Assembly: GCA_001643675.2 (NCBI GenBank)
Contig: LSRY02000057.1
Location: 1 to 64,000, forward strand
Direction of reading: 5' to 3'
DNA length: 64,000 nt
DNA from: Monocercomonoides exilis PA203
Taxonomy: Eukaryota; Protista; Preaxostyla
The notes beneath the pieces were generated by a model. That model worked only from the letters and a program-made list of their open reading frames with translations. It ran no database searches and was not told the DNA's origin. Shown here in pieces: positions 13,201 to 25,399 of this stretch (its first letter is position 1; each line of letters begins with the position of its first letter). The position numbers and the translations under genes are program-made.

Positions 13201-14649
13201 ACTAACAATTATCTTTGTTGAAACAATTGAAAATTTTCTTCTGATTCAAACACAGATTTTTTTTGATCTTTTCTTGCTTTGCAGGTTTGACTATTGAAGA
13301 TTTTAACCGTTTGTTTTTTCATTTTTTATAATTGTAACTGAAGAACAATCATGTTGAGAAAGCGAACTGGAATTGTCTTCATTTTCTGTGTTATCTGAAG
13401 AATAATTTTTGCAGCTCCTTTCACAATAGGTATCGTCTTCATTTGATCGAGCATCAAATGAGTTTTCAATTTTATTTTGTTTTCACTGCTATCAATTTTT
13501 TTTTATTTTATTTTTATTGAATTTTTATAATTATTATTATTATTTTTTCTGTCTTCAACTACAAAAAATAATATATATCTTTACAGATACCCTTTTCCTT
13601 CGTCGTTTTTCTAATATGTTGCAACCAAACGTTTCCAATACATCTAGGTTAGTGTCGTGATTCGAATTTTCCAAATTCGAAATTTTTTCATTGTTCCTAA
13701 TTTTTTAATGAACATAAAACTGTATTACAAACAATATTTTGATTGTAAGCTGTTTTGATTTGTATCATTTGTATTATAAAAAATTCATTTATTTCAATCA
13801 TATTGATTTTCGATGAAATGAAATGTTCAAACAAAATAGTCATATCACATCCTGGTGCAAAAAAAACCATCTTTTCAAAGTAAATCATTCTTAAAATGGA
13901 AGAAATATTGTGAAATAAAAAAGAAAAGAATTTTTGATATTTAAAGTGTTTTTTTGTTTAGAAAAATTATTGAAAGACAGTTTTAAAATGATAAATGTTG
14001 AATAGTCCAAAAAAACTCTTTTTTTAATAAGAATAACTTTCATTCGGATTGCAAAAATAAATAAATTAATTAATAAAATAATTTTTGATAAAAGAAGAAT
14101 TAATGAACAATATTTTGTTTATGTTTATGCAATGAATAAAAAAAAAATCAAACGTTCTTAACAAAAAACTTCCCAAAAAGTCAAACACAAGTTGATACAA
14201 AAAAAAGTTTTCGTAATCCCAACAATGCAACAAACAAATGCTCCAAAAAAAATTCATCCAAGGAAAAATCAAATTATATCCATTGAAAAAAAGGAAATTG
14301 GATCTTTTTGTTATTTTCAAAGAAACAATAAAAGGTGTTAGACTTTTCTTGAATTCTGAAATATTCTAATTTGAACATCTCTTCTTGAATGTTTAATTCA
14401 AAATCGGAATTTGTTTTTGTCCCACACAGGAATAGTCCTAAAACTTTTACAGGACTATGCCGAAATTTTCATCGGTTCCACAAAATGGTTTGTCATTTTT
14501 TATTTTTCATTTTCATTCAAATTTATCATATTTATTCCGTTTTCAAACAAAACAACACAGTATTTTTCTCATTTTTGTTTGTTTTTTCATTAACCGTTTC
14601 ACTCTTTGGAATAACTATACTGAATTTTTGATTTTTTGGAGGTTGTGTT

Positions 14650-17150
14650 TTGAATATTTCATCAGATGAAAACAAGACTATACAGGATTTTTCCGAAACA
14701 GGTCATTCACTGTTTGCTTCTGTCTCGTCTTCGTGGAGTTCTTCTTCTTCGTCGTCGTCGTCGTCTTCTGTTGCAAAAGAATCTTCATCTTCGTCGTTGT
14801 CATCATTTCATTCATCTTCATCTCCATTTAAATCAGATAATCGTTGGTTCGTGTTGCCAAAGAAAAGCTTGTGGAAGAGAGTGTCGGAGGAGGAGGAGAA
14901 GTGTATGGAGGGAGTGGAGGAGAGGAAGGAGATCGTTGTGGTGGACAAGGATGAGAGGATAGAAAGGAAAGGAAGATGTGGAATGAATGAGAGAAATGAA
15001 AAGAAAAAAAAGAAAGGAAGAGTATCTGGATTGGTAAGGAATGCGATGGAAGAGAAATTGAGTGAAGTCTTCGTTGTGGATGAGTCTGAAATTGAAGAAG
15101 AGGAGAAAGATGATTCATATAATCAAAGGTTCTCTCTCGAAACTCTCTCTTCCGATTCTTCTGATACTTATGATTCATCTGATTCATCTGTTGAGCTTGC
15201 CTTCAAGATACCCACATTCACTCAACTGAATGGAAATTCAATGGAAAGTCAGAACAGAGAAAATGATTTCCTTGGGTTGGACAATCACCCACCTTTGTTG
15301 AGATCGATATCTTCAATGTCATCATCGTCGTCATCTCCATCTTCTTCTCAAACAGTCACAGCCGATATGAGTGACTGGGAGAAACAACAATCAATGAAGG
15401 AAAAACAGAGAGAATGCAGCCCAAGAAGATGTCGAGCATTGGATTTGCTGAGAACTATGACAGAAGAACAGTTGAATGAGATGGATGTTGCAGGTCCGAT
15501 ATACAGTGAAAACACATTACGAAAACATGAATATGTTGAAGATATCTACATCACATACTGCAACATGAGAGGAATACCTGCCTTTCCATTGGATACAAGG
15601 AATGCTTCTGGTTTTCTTCTTGTCTTATTTCGATCTCGTTTATATGTTCGTTCATCCTCCGAAAACATCTTCACAAACTCTCTTAAACGCATGGACAAGA
15701 TATTCAATCAAACTTAAATTCCAATAGAAGAATCGATTTCAAAGGTTCTGCGAGAAGGAAGGCTAAACAAAACAGTGAAAAAAGATGGAATTGGGAAAGA
15801 ACATTTTCTCATGATCAAAGTGGAACGAGTCATCTCGAATTCAAACGATCAGCATCCTCTGAAAGCCTTGGAATCTTCTCTTTGGTTAGTTACAATAAGC
15901 ACTGGAGCAAGAGCAGTTTCAATTGAGAACGTGCAGCTGAGAGACATTGGTGCACATATTAATTCTGAGTCTGGTGAAACTCTCATCCTCAAAATCAATT
16001 TTCGAGTGACAAAGGGAAATCCACACAGGAACCACACAATCTCGCTGGAAGGAACTCTGGACGATCGTGCTGACACTAACGTGCTTTTCTGGCTGAATCA
16101 ACATCTGATTCAGATATTCAGTTTGGATCTTCTTGAGCGCAATTCTTTGGTTCTGAGTGAGGGAATGAGAACAAGGAAATTGTGGAATTTGTCAAGGGAT
16201 GCGATGTCTTAACATCTTCGTCGTCGTGCTCAGGATGCTGGATACCCACACGATCTCTTTTCATTTCACTCATTCAGAAGTGGATTCATGTGCTCCGCCA
16301 TTCTTGCCTCCGGCGTTGATGCACATTCAAGAGATTCGACATATATCTTCACAGCTGCTATTGCTGGTTGGATACCAAATTCGAAGGTTCAAAATAGATA
16401 TTCAAAACCAGCCATCACTGGGACCATCGTAACCAACAGAATCATAACCTCGAAAATCTCCAATGAGGTTGTTGACACTTCTCTCATCAATCCAGAAGCC
16501 TTCCATAATATCAGATTCAACAATGAAAAAGAGCACAATGTGAGTGAGAGGACAGCAATAATGTGGGTTCGGAGAGCTTTCAAGGATAGGATTAATATGG
16601 AGAGAGTAACTGCAACAACTGAACAGAGGACTGATGATAAACGAAAGAAATATTAATTGAGAGCTTGGAGAGATGCTCTATCGAGATGCATGAAGAATGA
16701 TGAAGAAATGGAAAGAGAGGCGAGTGTGATCTACACTCAACATCGAAACCTAAAAAAACATTCATTGCAGAAGTTCAATCTTCATGAATATTTGAGCAGA
16801 CATTGAAATATATCATTCAAATGATAGATTTTTTGATTCTGGAGAAAGTGTGGATGATATTGTTGATGATTTACTTGGGTTCGTTTAGGATGAGGTTGAA
16901 GGATTGAAAGAAATGAAGAAATATCGAAGAAAGAATCCTTGTCCCTATGAGCACTCTTTGCATTAGGAAGTTGTTGAAAAAGGTTAAAAAAAAAAAATGT
17001 TCCCTTGGAGAGATGAAGAAGATTTTTAATAACTGAAAATGAATTTAAAAAAAGATATCATTTATATAAATGGATATAGAATTGCCAGGAAGATCACTTC
17101 TTGATTATTGAGATAAACTTAATAAATTTGAAGTTATTGAATGTCGGAAT
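14650..17150 (+). pseudogene. Tyrosine recombinase with Ser/Glu-rich N-terminus and decayed C-terminal Myb domain, copy 3
   Basis: ISTGARAVSI, VTKG, FSFHSFRSGF (~16258-16287), IAGW, QNRY; stops at 15715, 16210 and 16654; Myb remnant PWRDEED...LPGRSLLDY*DKL at ~17000-17125. Confidence 0.88.
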
Positions 17151-17639
17151 GATAAATAAATGGTTTGAAAAAAAAAATTATTAAATCAAACAAATACTTT
17201 TTTTCGTTCAAAGATAATAATAAATGACAATCTTTTTTATCTCTTTATGAACAATTGAAGAAAGTTGTTAATCATTATATGTTTCAGATGAAAACCTTTG
17301 TTTTGATGTTAAAAAAATATATATGAAACAAAAAAATAATGGAAAGTTAAATATTTATAATGTGTCGAATTTATTTCTGAAAAGATCCTTTTGTTTAATT
17401 TTCTTTTAAAGAAAAAATTTCATATTTTGATCAAATTTCTGTTTAAACGAACGATACTTCACTTTAATTGTATTAAATACGTTGTCAAGATTTTGTTTTC
17501 ATGACAGAGAAATTTGGTGAGTGGAAACAGAAATTTGATCGATATATGAACTTTTTATTCAATTTGTAAATTCAACGAATGGAACTTTTCAAAGAAATTT
17601 TGACAAATAGTCTTTTTCAAGGTAAACTTTTGAAAACAT

Positions 17640-17674
17640 GCTGGAACTTGGGCGAAAAATTCCCAAGTCCCAGC
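17640..17674. other. GC-rich inverted repeat, 13-bp arms with 9-bp spacer
   Basis: GCTGGAACTTGGG-cgaaaaatt-CCCAAGTCCCAGC, 12/13 arm match, in an otherwise very AT-rich region. Confidence 0.75.
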
Positions 17675-17698
17675 TACACCAAAAATTTCTCTATCAAA

Positions 17699-17890
17699 AT
17701 GTCCACTTATAATCAAGATAGAAATTATCTGATTAATTGGGTTAATGATCTTATAACCATTAACCTTAATCGTCGCATCCTTGTTTTTCGTCTTCTTGCT
17801 GTTAACACGCCAGGTGCTGATGCGATGATTGCTGATCTGCTTTCAAAGATCAATGAATATGAAATTGTGATAAATGATCTCATTCATTAA
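17699..17890 (+). CDS. Small hypothetical protein (63 aa from ATG 17699)
   Basis: MSTYNQDRNYLINWVNDL... with raised GC, directly downstream of the inverted repeat; no homology recognised. Confidence 0.35.
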   Translation: MSTYNQDRNYLINWVNDLITINLNRRILVFRLLAVNTPGADAMIADLLSKINEYEIVINDLIH

Positions 17891-19040
17891 AAAGTGAAGG
17901 GAAAACACTCTGAAAGTGCAAATTAAAGAAGAACACATCTGTGTGATTATTTGTTCAATCTTTTATTTTTTCTAATTACAGATAATTGTGCTGTTTAAAA
18001 ACAGTTTGTTCTGTTGCAATTATTTTTTAAGCGAATTAAATTGCAATAATATATAAATCTGTTGTAATAGGAAAAAAAAGAAAGAAATATTCGTTATATG
18101 AATTTTCTTTTTTTTAAAGTTTTAAATTATTCTTTCAACAAACATATTTTTTCACCGAATTTTCAGATTGAAAAAAAAAAAAGAAATCAAAAATTATCTC
18201 CCATCTTTCTGAACAAACATTTTTATATGAAAAACATAAATGATATGGGACAAAATATTTGACTTCAGGCATTTTCATTGAAAATTTTTGATCTTTTGAT
18301 TAACTTTTTGTGATAAATATATTCGTTGAAAATGAGAACAACTTTTGAATTACGTGTGAGTTCACAAAACATTTCGTAATTGTTTCAGTGATGCTTGTTT
18401 TCACACATGAAAAAATAAATTATTTTGTAATCTGATAAAAATTTAAAAATATTATGAACAAAACAAATATTTTATAATTCGTGCAAAAGAAGCTTGAAAG
18501 TCCTTTTTTTCACCCATAAAGAAAAATATTTGATTATTCCTCAGCATTTCATTAATTTTTCAGTTCACATAAAAAAAAAGAAACAGAAAAAAACACATCA
18601 TGAACACCAAATTTTTCGTAAAGGAAATTGTTAATAAATAAAAAGTGGAAATTAAACGATAAGTTAATTTTAATAGGGCATGGTATTAAATTTCAAACTT
18701 TTTCGTTGTGATAAATCAATCTCAAGAAAATCATTTCGCGATTTAAAAATATGAAAAAAAAGAGATAGAATTATACAAATTTTGATGATGAGACAATTCA
18801 TTTTGTTATTATTTCAATAATGCCTGATGGCAGACAAAACATTTTAATCTTCCTTGAAACCTGAGAAGATTTTTAAAGTTGAGAGAAATATTTATCATAA
18901 TATTAGCAAAAATGTTTTGAAAATCTGAATATTTGCAATAATAATTGAAACAATAGTTTCTTGATGAAAATGACTATTCTTTTCGAAAAAAAAAAGTTAT
19001 TCTAAAAGAACTCGGAATATTTTAAAATTTTCTTCCATAT

Positions 19041-19280
19041 GTGTTATTATTTTTGAAAAGTCGCAAATGTTTAATTCTCAAATAAATCAAAAAATTCATA
19101 TTTTGCTCAAATTTTTGTTGATATACACTAAACTTCTCTAATATGGAATCTATTTCTGTATAATGCTATTTAACACATTCCTGTGAAGTTGCATGATCGG
19201 GAACCGAAATTTGATCAAGATATGAAATTTTTGATTTATTTGAAAATTAAACATTTGCGACTTTTCAAAAAGAATTACCC
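19041..19280 (-). mobile_element. 240-bp MITE, copy A, ATAT target-site duplication
   Basis: Long imperfect TIRs (G.GT.ATTATTTTTGAAAAGTCGCAAATG / ...CATTTGCGACTTTTCAAAAAGAATTACCC), ATAT at 19037-19040 and 19281-19284; same length as, and inverted relative to, the copy at 53068. Confidence 0.88.
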
Positions 19281-19662
19281 ATATTATGTTTTTATATTTA
19301 TGAACTTTCATTTTTGTTCAGTGAAAAAATATTTCTCTTCTTATTTTACTCAATCACACTTTTTGCGGAGTCGTGATTTTATTTTGGATGTTTTAATTCT
19401 TTGAAGAGAAATATCACAAACAAAAGAAAAATTTATGATAATTATTTCAAAAAGACGATGTTTTAATAATAATCATGAAAAAATATTCTTAAAAAAGAGT
19501 TACAACTTTCAAGTGTTCGTTTAACAACAATTAAGTTTATTCACAAACCGAAAATTCAGAAAAAGAAAAATAGGGATTCAATAATCATGACCCATCTTAT
19601 ATTTGAATTAATTTATATAAATAATAATTACCTTGAGTTAAAAATTAATTTTCTCAATTATT

Positions 19663-19663
<1 letters not shown>

Positions 19664-19718
<55 letters not shown>
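19664..19718 (+). repeat. Poly(T) tract (~55 nt)
   Basis: Direct observation. Confidence 0.9.
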
Positions 19719-19721
<3 letters not shown>

Positions 19722-19999
19722 GTTCTTAATTCAATAACGTATATATAATCAATTATTTTTAACTTTTTTTCTTTTTTTTTAATGAAATTGCAAATTGAAA
19801 AAAAATAATTGAACCCATAGCCACTTCCAACTATTTTGGATTGTGATCATAAATTCCAAAAATTAATTTTTCAATGTCAATTTAAAAATTTTTGTTAAGT
19901 TTGTTTATCAGTGAATACATTCAAATCAAGGCCTATTGTTACTGAAGTTCACTTTTTCTTCAAATTTTTTCTTTTACTCCTATGGATAACGAAGAAATA

Positions 20000-20650
20000 A
20001 TGAAAAAAAATCATAATTTAATCTTAATTCATCACAGAAAGATGAAGGATTGATGAGTGATTCGAATGACTTTCCATTCATTCTCAATAGTTGTTGTGCC
20101 TTTCAAAGGCTTTGAAGATGAATGGAAAACATCCAAACTTACCCAATGTTTATTGAAGCACACGAAAGAATCCACAAATACAACAACATCCAAAATACTT
20201 GTCTCTCTCCTCATTATGATGAAACTGAAGTTGGGTTCGACAATAATCACTTTACTCCAAAACCCCATTCTCTCTTTCATTTGTTGAGAAATAGCCTTGT
20301 TGGTAAGTTTCTCGAGTGCATCTTCCAGCAAATTCGTCTTCCTCCTTCTTCTCTAAATCTCATTTCAACTGAAAGCAATATGGCCTTGAATGTGCAAATC
20401 TTCTGATAATATTAAATCAAATGAAAATATATCTTTTGATGTTTTAGCCAAATCAAACTTTGAAATCTCCATCTTTTCTATCGGAGCTGGCCTTCATCGT
20501 TTTCCTTTTTCACACAAAATTATTTTGCAATTGAAGCATTGATCATTAATCTTCTGCCATTCGGTAAGCATTTTCTCCATGTTCATATACATGTTCTTTT
20601 CTTTTGCAAGTATGTTTCACCCTTTGTCTTCTCTCAAGTTCCATTTGTGT
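20000..20650 (-). pseudogene. Decayed fragment of a lineage-specific expanded gene family
   Basis: Minus-strand readings KICTFKAILLSVEMRFREEGGRRICWKMHS and HWVSLDVFHSSSK, interrupted by frameshifts. Confidence 0.55.
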
Positions 20651-20999
20651 ATTTTCAATTTATTTCATTCCGAAATCAGAATTAAAATTCTCTTCATTAA
20701 CAAGAATTAATCACAACATCAGTTTTAGTGTATTTTGATATGAATTTTTGATGCAACGATCAAAAAATAACTTTTTTATTTATTCAGGAATAACAACCTA
20801 AATTGGGCTATTTTGCTCTTTTTCATAGTTAGCATTTATTTTTAATAAAGCTAATAATTTTGTTTGTTGATAAAATTTATTTTTTTTTTCGTTGCAACAG
20901 TATTATGATAAAAATAATTGCATTTAAAAAATTCAGGCTTTGAAAAGCGATCCATCAATGTTAAATAATTAATAGAATGAATTGTTTCAAAAGTTATAT

Positions 21000-22500
21000 C
21001 ACTAAAAGTGGAATATTGGAGATGTTAACGAAGAATGAACTTTCTGGTTTGTTCATTTTCATATTTGATTGAAAGGAAATAAAGTTTCTTGCTGTAATAA
21101 TACAGCTTTTGAAGAACAGTTTTTTGAAATGGTGCATTGCAATGAGATGGATCAGAAACAGAAAATTGAAGAAATGAATGAAATGATCGAAAACATCAAT
21201 GACAAAAATAAAAGTCCGTTTTCTCAACAGAACTATTTGATGCAATCAATGAAATGATTGAAGAAAAGAAGCTGTCAATGGAAAATGCGATTTATTTATT
21301 GAAGCTTCTTGGATATGACTATGCGATAAAGAATGTTTGGTTTAATCACTTTGAAAGATCTTTGCTGAACGAAAGATTTGAGAAGATGATTGTTGACGAT
21401 TAAAAGAAGAAAGAAGGAATGAATGAAAATATGCTTAACGATTTTTGCGAATGCCATATTTGTTTGCATTATGTCAACGAACAAATATCAAAAGAATTGT
21501 TATGAATTTGTATTCATTACATTATGAATATTGTTTTGAGTGGTGGGAAAAAACGAATAATCACGAAAAAAAGATGAAGTTGCATTATTGGTTTTGAGCG
21601 GGCTTGGCCCTTGGATTGTGTGCAAATGATTCTTTTCATTTGTCTTTTCATAGAATCTTTTAAAATTTTTCACGAAGAATATTGGACAAGAAATGTTCTT
21701 GAATGATGTCATGAGTTTAATAATGTGTCATCAAGAGCATCATAACCTTTCGCTGCTTGCCTATCAATCTATTTGGGTGTTTTTGATCAGCAGGGTTTAC
21801 GGAGAAAGAAGTCTGGAAAATGTGATTATGAGTTACCTTCATTTTGGGAAAGAGACAGTCAAAGAGTTGAATGAGCTGAAAGATTATGTCGATTGGAAGA
21901 AAAAAGAAAATGAGCTTGGAAAATTGAAAGAAATAAAAATAGTAATGAGATGGTTGGAAATAATTCAGTTTAATATTGTCTATCCATTATTTGAGAAAGA
22001 TGAATTTGCGAGATCGGTAATACGAATTGCAGATCTTTGCAGAGCAGCCAGGGGGGAACATAGAGACATCTTCGAGCGATGCTTTTCATTTTTGGTGGAT
22101 GTCTATGTGAAGGGAAAAAAAAAGCAATGAAGATTGTTTGATGAGTGAAGAAGTCATTGACTTCTTTTTGGAGGAAATGCATCAGCCAACAATTGACTGT
22201 GTTGTAAAAAGGAAAGCAGAAGCATTTTTAAAATCTTTGCAATAAATTGAGGAGAAGAAAAAAGGAAAAAGAAAATGGGATGATGGAATTTTCTTCGTTT
22301 ATCCGAAAATTGCGGGACAGAAAGGACAAAGAAGGACGCGAAAAGGCAAAGCAAGAAATGATGATTTATAGAAAAATGAGAGATCAGACAGAAGAAGACA
22401 GATATTAATATCATGTTATCAGTTTCAATGGATTTATTTTTAAAAAGCTCTATGAAGCGAGATTCATCCATGAATCTGAATGGTTATTTTGTTCTTTGCT
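21000..22500 (+). pseudogene. Decayed paralog of the 23800-25258 family gene (inverted orientation)
   Basis: Collinear motifs QKQKIEEMNEMIE, HQEHHNLSLLAYQSIW, VDWKKKE; several stops and frameshifts; 168 bp identical to the intact copy. Confidence 0.85.
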
Positions 22501-23279
22501 AATCATCAGACTTTATAAATTTGAAAAAAGATAGTTTCATCGTCATTTTCCTCTTCTGCTTCTTCTTCTTCATTTTGAATGTCCATGAAAACTGAAAAAT
22601 TGGAGAACGAATGGGAAAAGGCAAATGAAGACTTTTCAATTGAACAAATCAATCATTTGCGTCTAAGCTGTGAATTCATTCACTTCATCTTTTCAATTCA
22701 TTCTCAACAATCAAAAATGAAAGGTTTTTTATTTTCATGAACGCATTGCATTTTATTGGGCTTGAGAAAAAAGAGGGTTTGGGAGAATAGATTTTTGGAA
22801 CATTTCATGAATTGAAGAAAAATGGAGAGGAAAAGAAGAGAGAAAGGAAAAGAATAAATTTGAGTGGAGATTGAGGGAGATCAGTCAAGGAAACAGAATA
22901 AGGATGGAAAATGTTTGATGAATGAAGAAATATTTATTTATGCGACAACAAAGCAGCTGAAGGTGAAATTAAATTTTAGCAGAACTTTTGGTTGATTTTG
23001 TTAGAAAAGAATGTGAGTGAGTTGTCTTCTCTTTCTCCAACAATTATAAAAAGCAGATGAAAGCAGAATGATGAAAGAGAAAGGAAGAGAAAGAGATGGA
23101 ATCTGAGTGAAATTATAAAGAATTGCATTTGGAGATGAAATGAATGAAATGAGAATTAAAATGCAAGAAGAAGAGATAAAAGGAATGAAGAGAAAAGCGA
23201 AGGAAGACAAATAGGGAAGAAAAGAATTCAGAGATATGAAAAACTGAACAAAAAATGAAAAGAATGCGAAGAGCAATTA

Positions 23280-23690
23280 ATTCTGATTGACTTGTTCTGT
23301 CATTCCCATTCTGAATTGGAGCATTGGATCAGCTTCTTTTTCAGCCATGTTTACAGTTGTTGTATTTGGTACTCACGAAGTTGATTGTTTGATAATTCAA
23401 CAAACATTTCTTCTTTGATGCCTTCATATTCTTCTCAAGAATTTTCATTTCATATTTTGCCTTCTCCTTCTCAAATTCAAAGAGAAAGTGATGAGAAAGA
23501 GTATCAACAGAGTTAGCGAGAGGGTAAAAGAGGAAATAAATGAACCGAAAAAATTTTTTCGAAGAAACGAATCTGTTTGAAGAAGATATGATGCAAATAT
23601 TCGTTCAACGAAGATTCTCGATGAAAACAATCGAAAAGAAAAGAAATGAATGGATTTTTTTGATTTTTCTTTTTTATTCAAAAAAGGAAA
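23280..23690 (-). pseudogene. C-terminal remnant of a lineage-specific family gene
   Basis: Minus-strand QTVNMAEKEADPMLQF-type ending, upstream reading broken. Confidence 0.4.
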
Positions 23691-23799
23691 CAAAAACATT
23701 AATAAAAATTCTTCAATTAATTTTTGTTGTTATTTTGTGAAATGATGAAAATTGAAAAAGACAGTTTTTGATTCACAAAATGAAATGAAATGAATTTGG

Positions 23800-25258
23800 T
23801 TAAACATTCACAAAATAATCTGAAATATTCAATGATAATTCATTATAGTTTTTGCTGTTCAAAAACTTTATAATTTTGAAAAAACTTGTGATGACATCTT
23901 CATATCCTTCTTCTTCTATCTTTTCAAACACTTTTCTTTTCGTTGTCTTTCTTTTTGCTTCTTCCATTTTAACTTTCTTTTTTCTTTTCAATAGCCCTGA
24001 AATTGCAATGAAAAACATCAAGCTGCAATATGCAATTTCGTTATTAAAAACTGGCTGCTGAATCCCCTCCAAAACAGCCTCAACAGATTCTCTTTTCAAC
24101 ATATCATCAACAGTCACAGCTTCATTTCTCACCACCGCTTCAAATAAATAAATGCATTGCTTGCAAATTTCTATGTGATGACCCTTTGCTTCCCGTAAGA
24201 CTCCCACAATACTCCCTATAAGCACGGTATTTACTTCATTCTCCAATTTGTATGCTGACAAGAAAGAATCAATTAAATCGATCCATTTCCTGATAATAAG
24301 CACTTCTTTCACTTCTGTTTCTTTCTTTCTTTCTTCTTCTTCTTTTCTCTTCCAGTCGACACATTGAGACAATTCTTCAATCTCTCTTGTTGCTTCCTTC
24401 ACAAAAAGAAGATCATTCACAACAACTTCTTCTAAACTTTCGTCTTTGAGTGAACGATAAATCAAAAACCCCCAAATAGACTGATACGCATGTCGAGTTA
24501 GGTTGCGATGTTCCTGATGATATTGGATTATCTCTTTGATTTCATTCAAATACAGTTTTTCTCCCACATCCTGATTTAAAATTGAAAGAATAAAAATGAT
24601 TGAAAAAATGAAATGGAAGATAACATGCATCATATCGAAGATAACTCAATCCCAACAATGCCATTTCCACTTCTTTTTGTGTATTTTCACCTTTCTCTTT
24701 CTTCAAGGCAACTTTCAGAAGACAGGACGCACAAATCGACATCAATTTTGACGAAGGTTTGACGTGAAGCAAAAGACAACATTCACAAAGGTCAATTTGT
24801 AATTTTTCATTTTTTTCATCTATTTTCTTCTTTTCTTCTTCAACAATCATCTTCTCAAATCTTTCGTTCAGCAAAGATCTTTCAAAGTGATTAAACCAAA
24901 CATTCTTTATCGCATAGTCATATCCAAGAAGCTTCAATAAATAAATCGCATTTTCCATTGACAGCTTCTTTTCTTCAATCATTTCATTGATTGCATCAAA
25001 TAGTTCTTCTGTAAAAATAGAATAAAAATCATCTTGATCCATTTCGTTTATGCATTCGTCCATTTCTTCGATTATCTGTTTCGTATTACCATTTGCACAC
25101 TCTTCCAGTTTACAAAGCAATTCTTCCAAAATAATGCAAACACATCAAATATTGTGCCTTCAAACAACAGTCACAATTTCCATACTTGAAAACTTATCTC
25201 CGAGAGACAGCTCCTGAGCATTATCATCATCAGATTTGTCTTCATCGTACATTTCCAT
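23800..25258 (-). CDS. Lineage-specific expanded family protein (helical, K/E-rich), 3 exons
   Basis: ATG 25258; intron 25123-25185 (GT-AG, phase 1) and intron 24571-24628 (GC-AG, phase 0) join the ORF-track frames into one open reading ending at TAA 23800-23802. Confidence 0.85.
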
Positions 25259-25399
25259 TCTGTCTATTGTTGATAAAGGTCAATTTTCCGCAAAATTACA
25301 AATGAAAAACAGAAAAACAAACAAAAACAGCAAACATTGTTGATGATTGACAAAATTAAAAAATATTTGTCAAACTCAATTCCTTTGCCTTGTAAAAAT

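Noticed and set aside
19620-19760. Poly(T) tract as a retroposon tail or homolog of the poly(A) region at 52547-52574
   Set aside because: Only weak AT-rich similarity in the flanks and no TSD.
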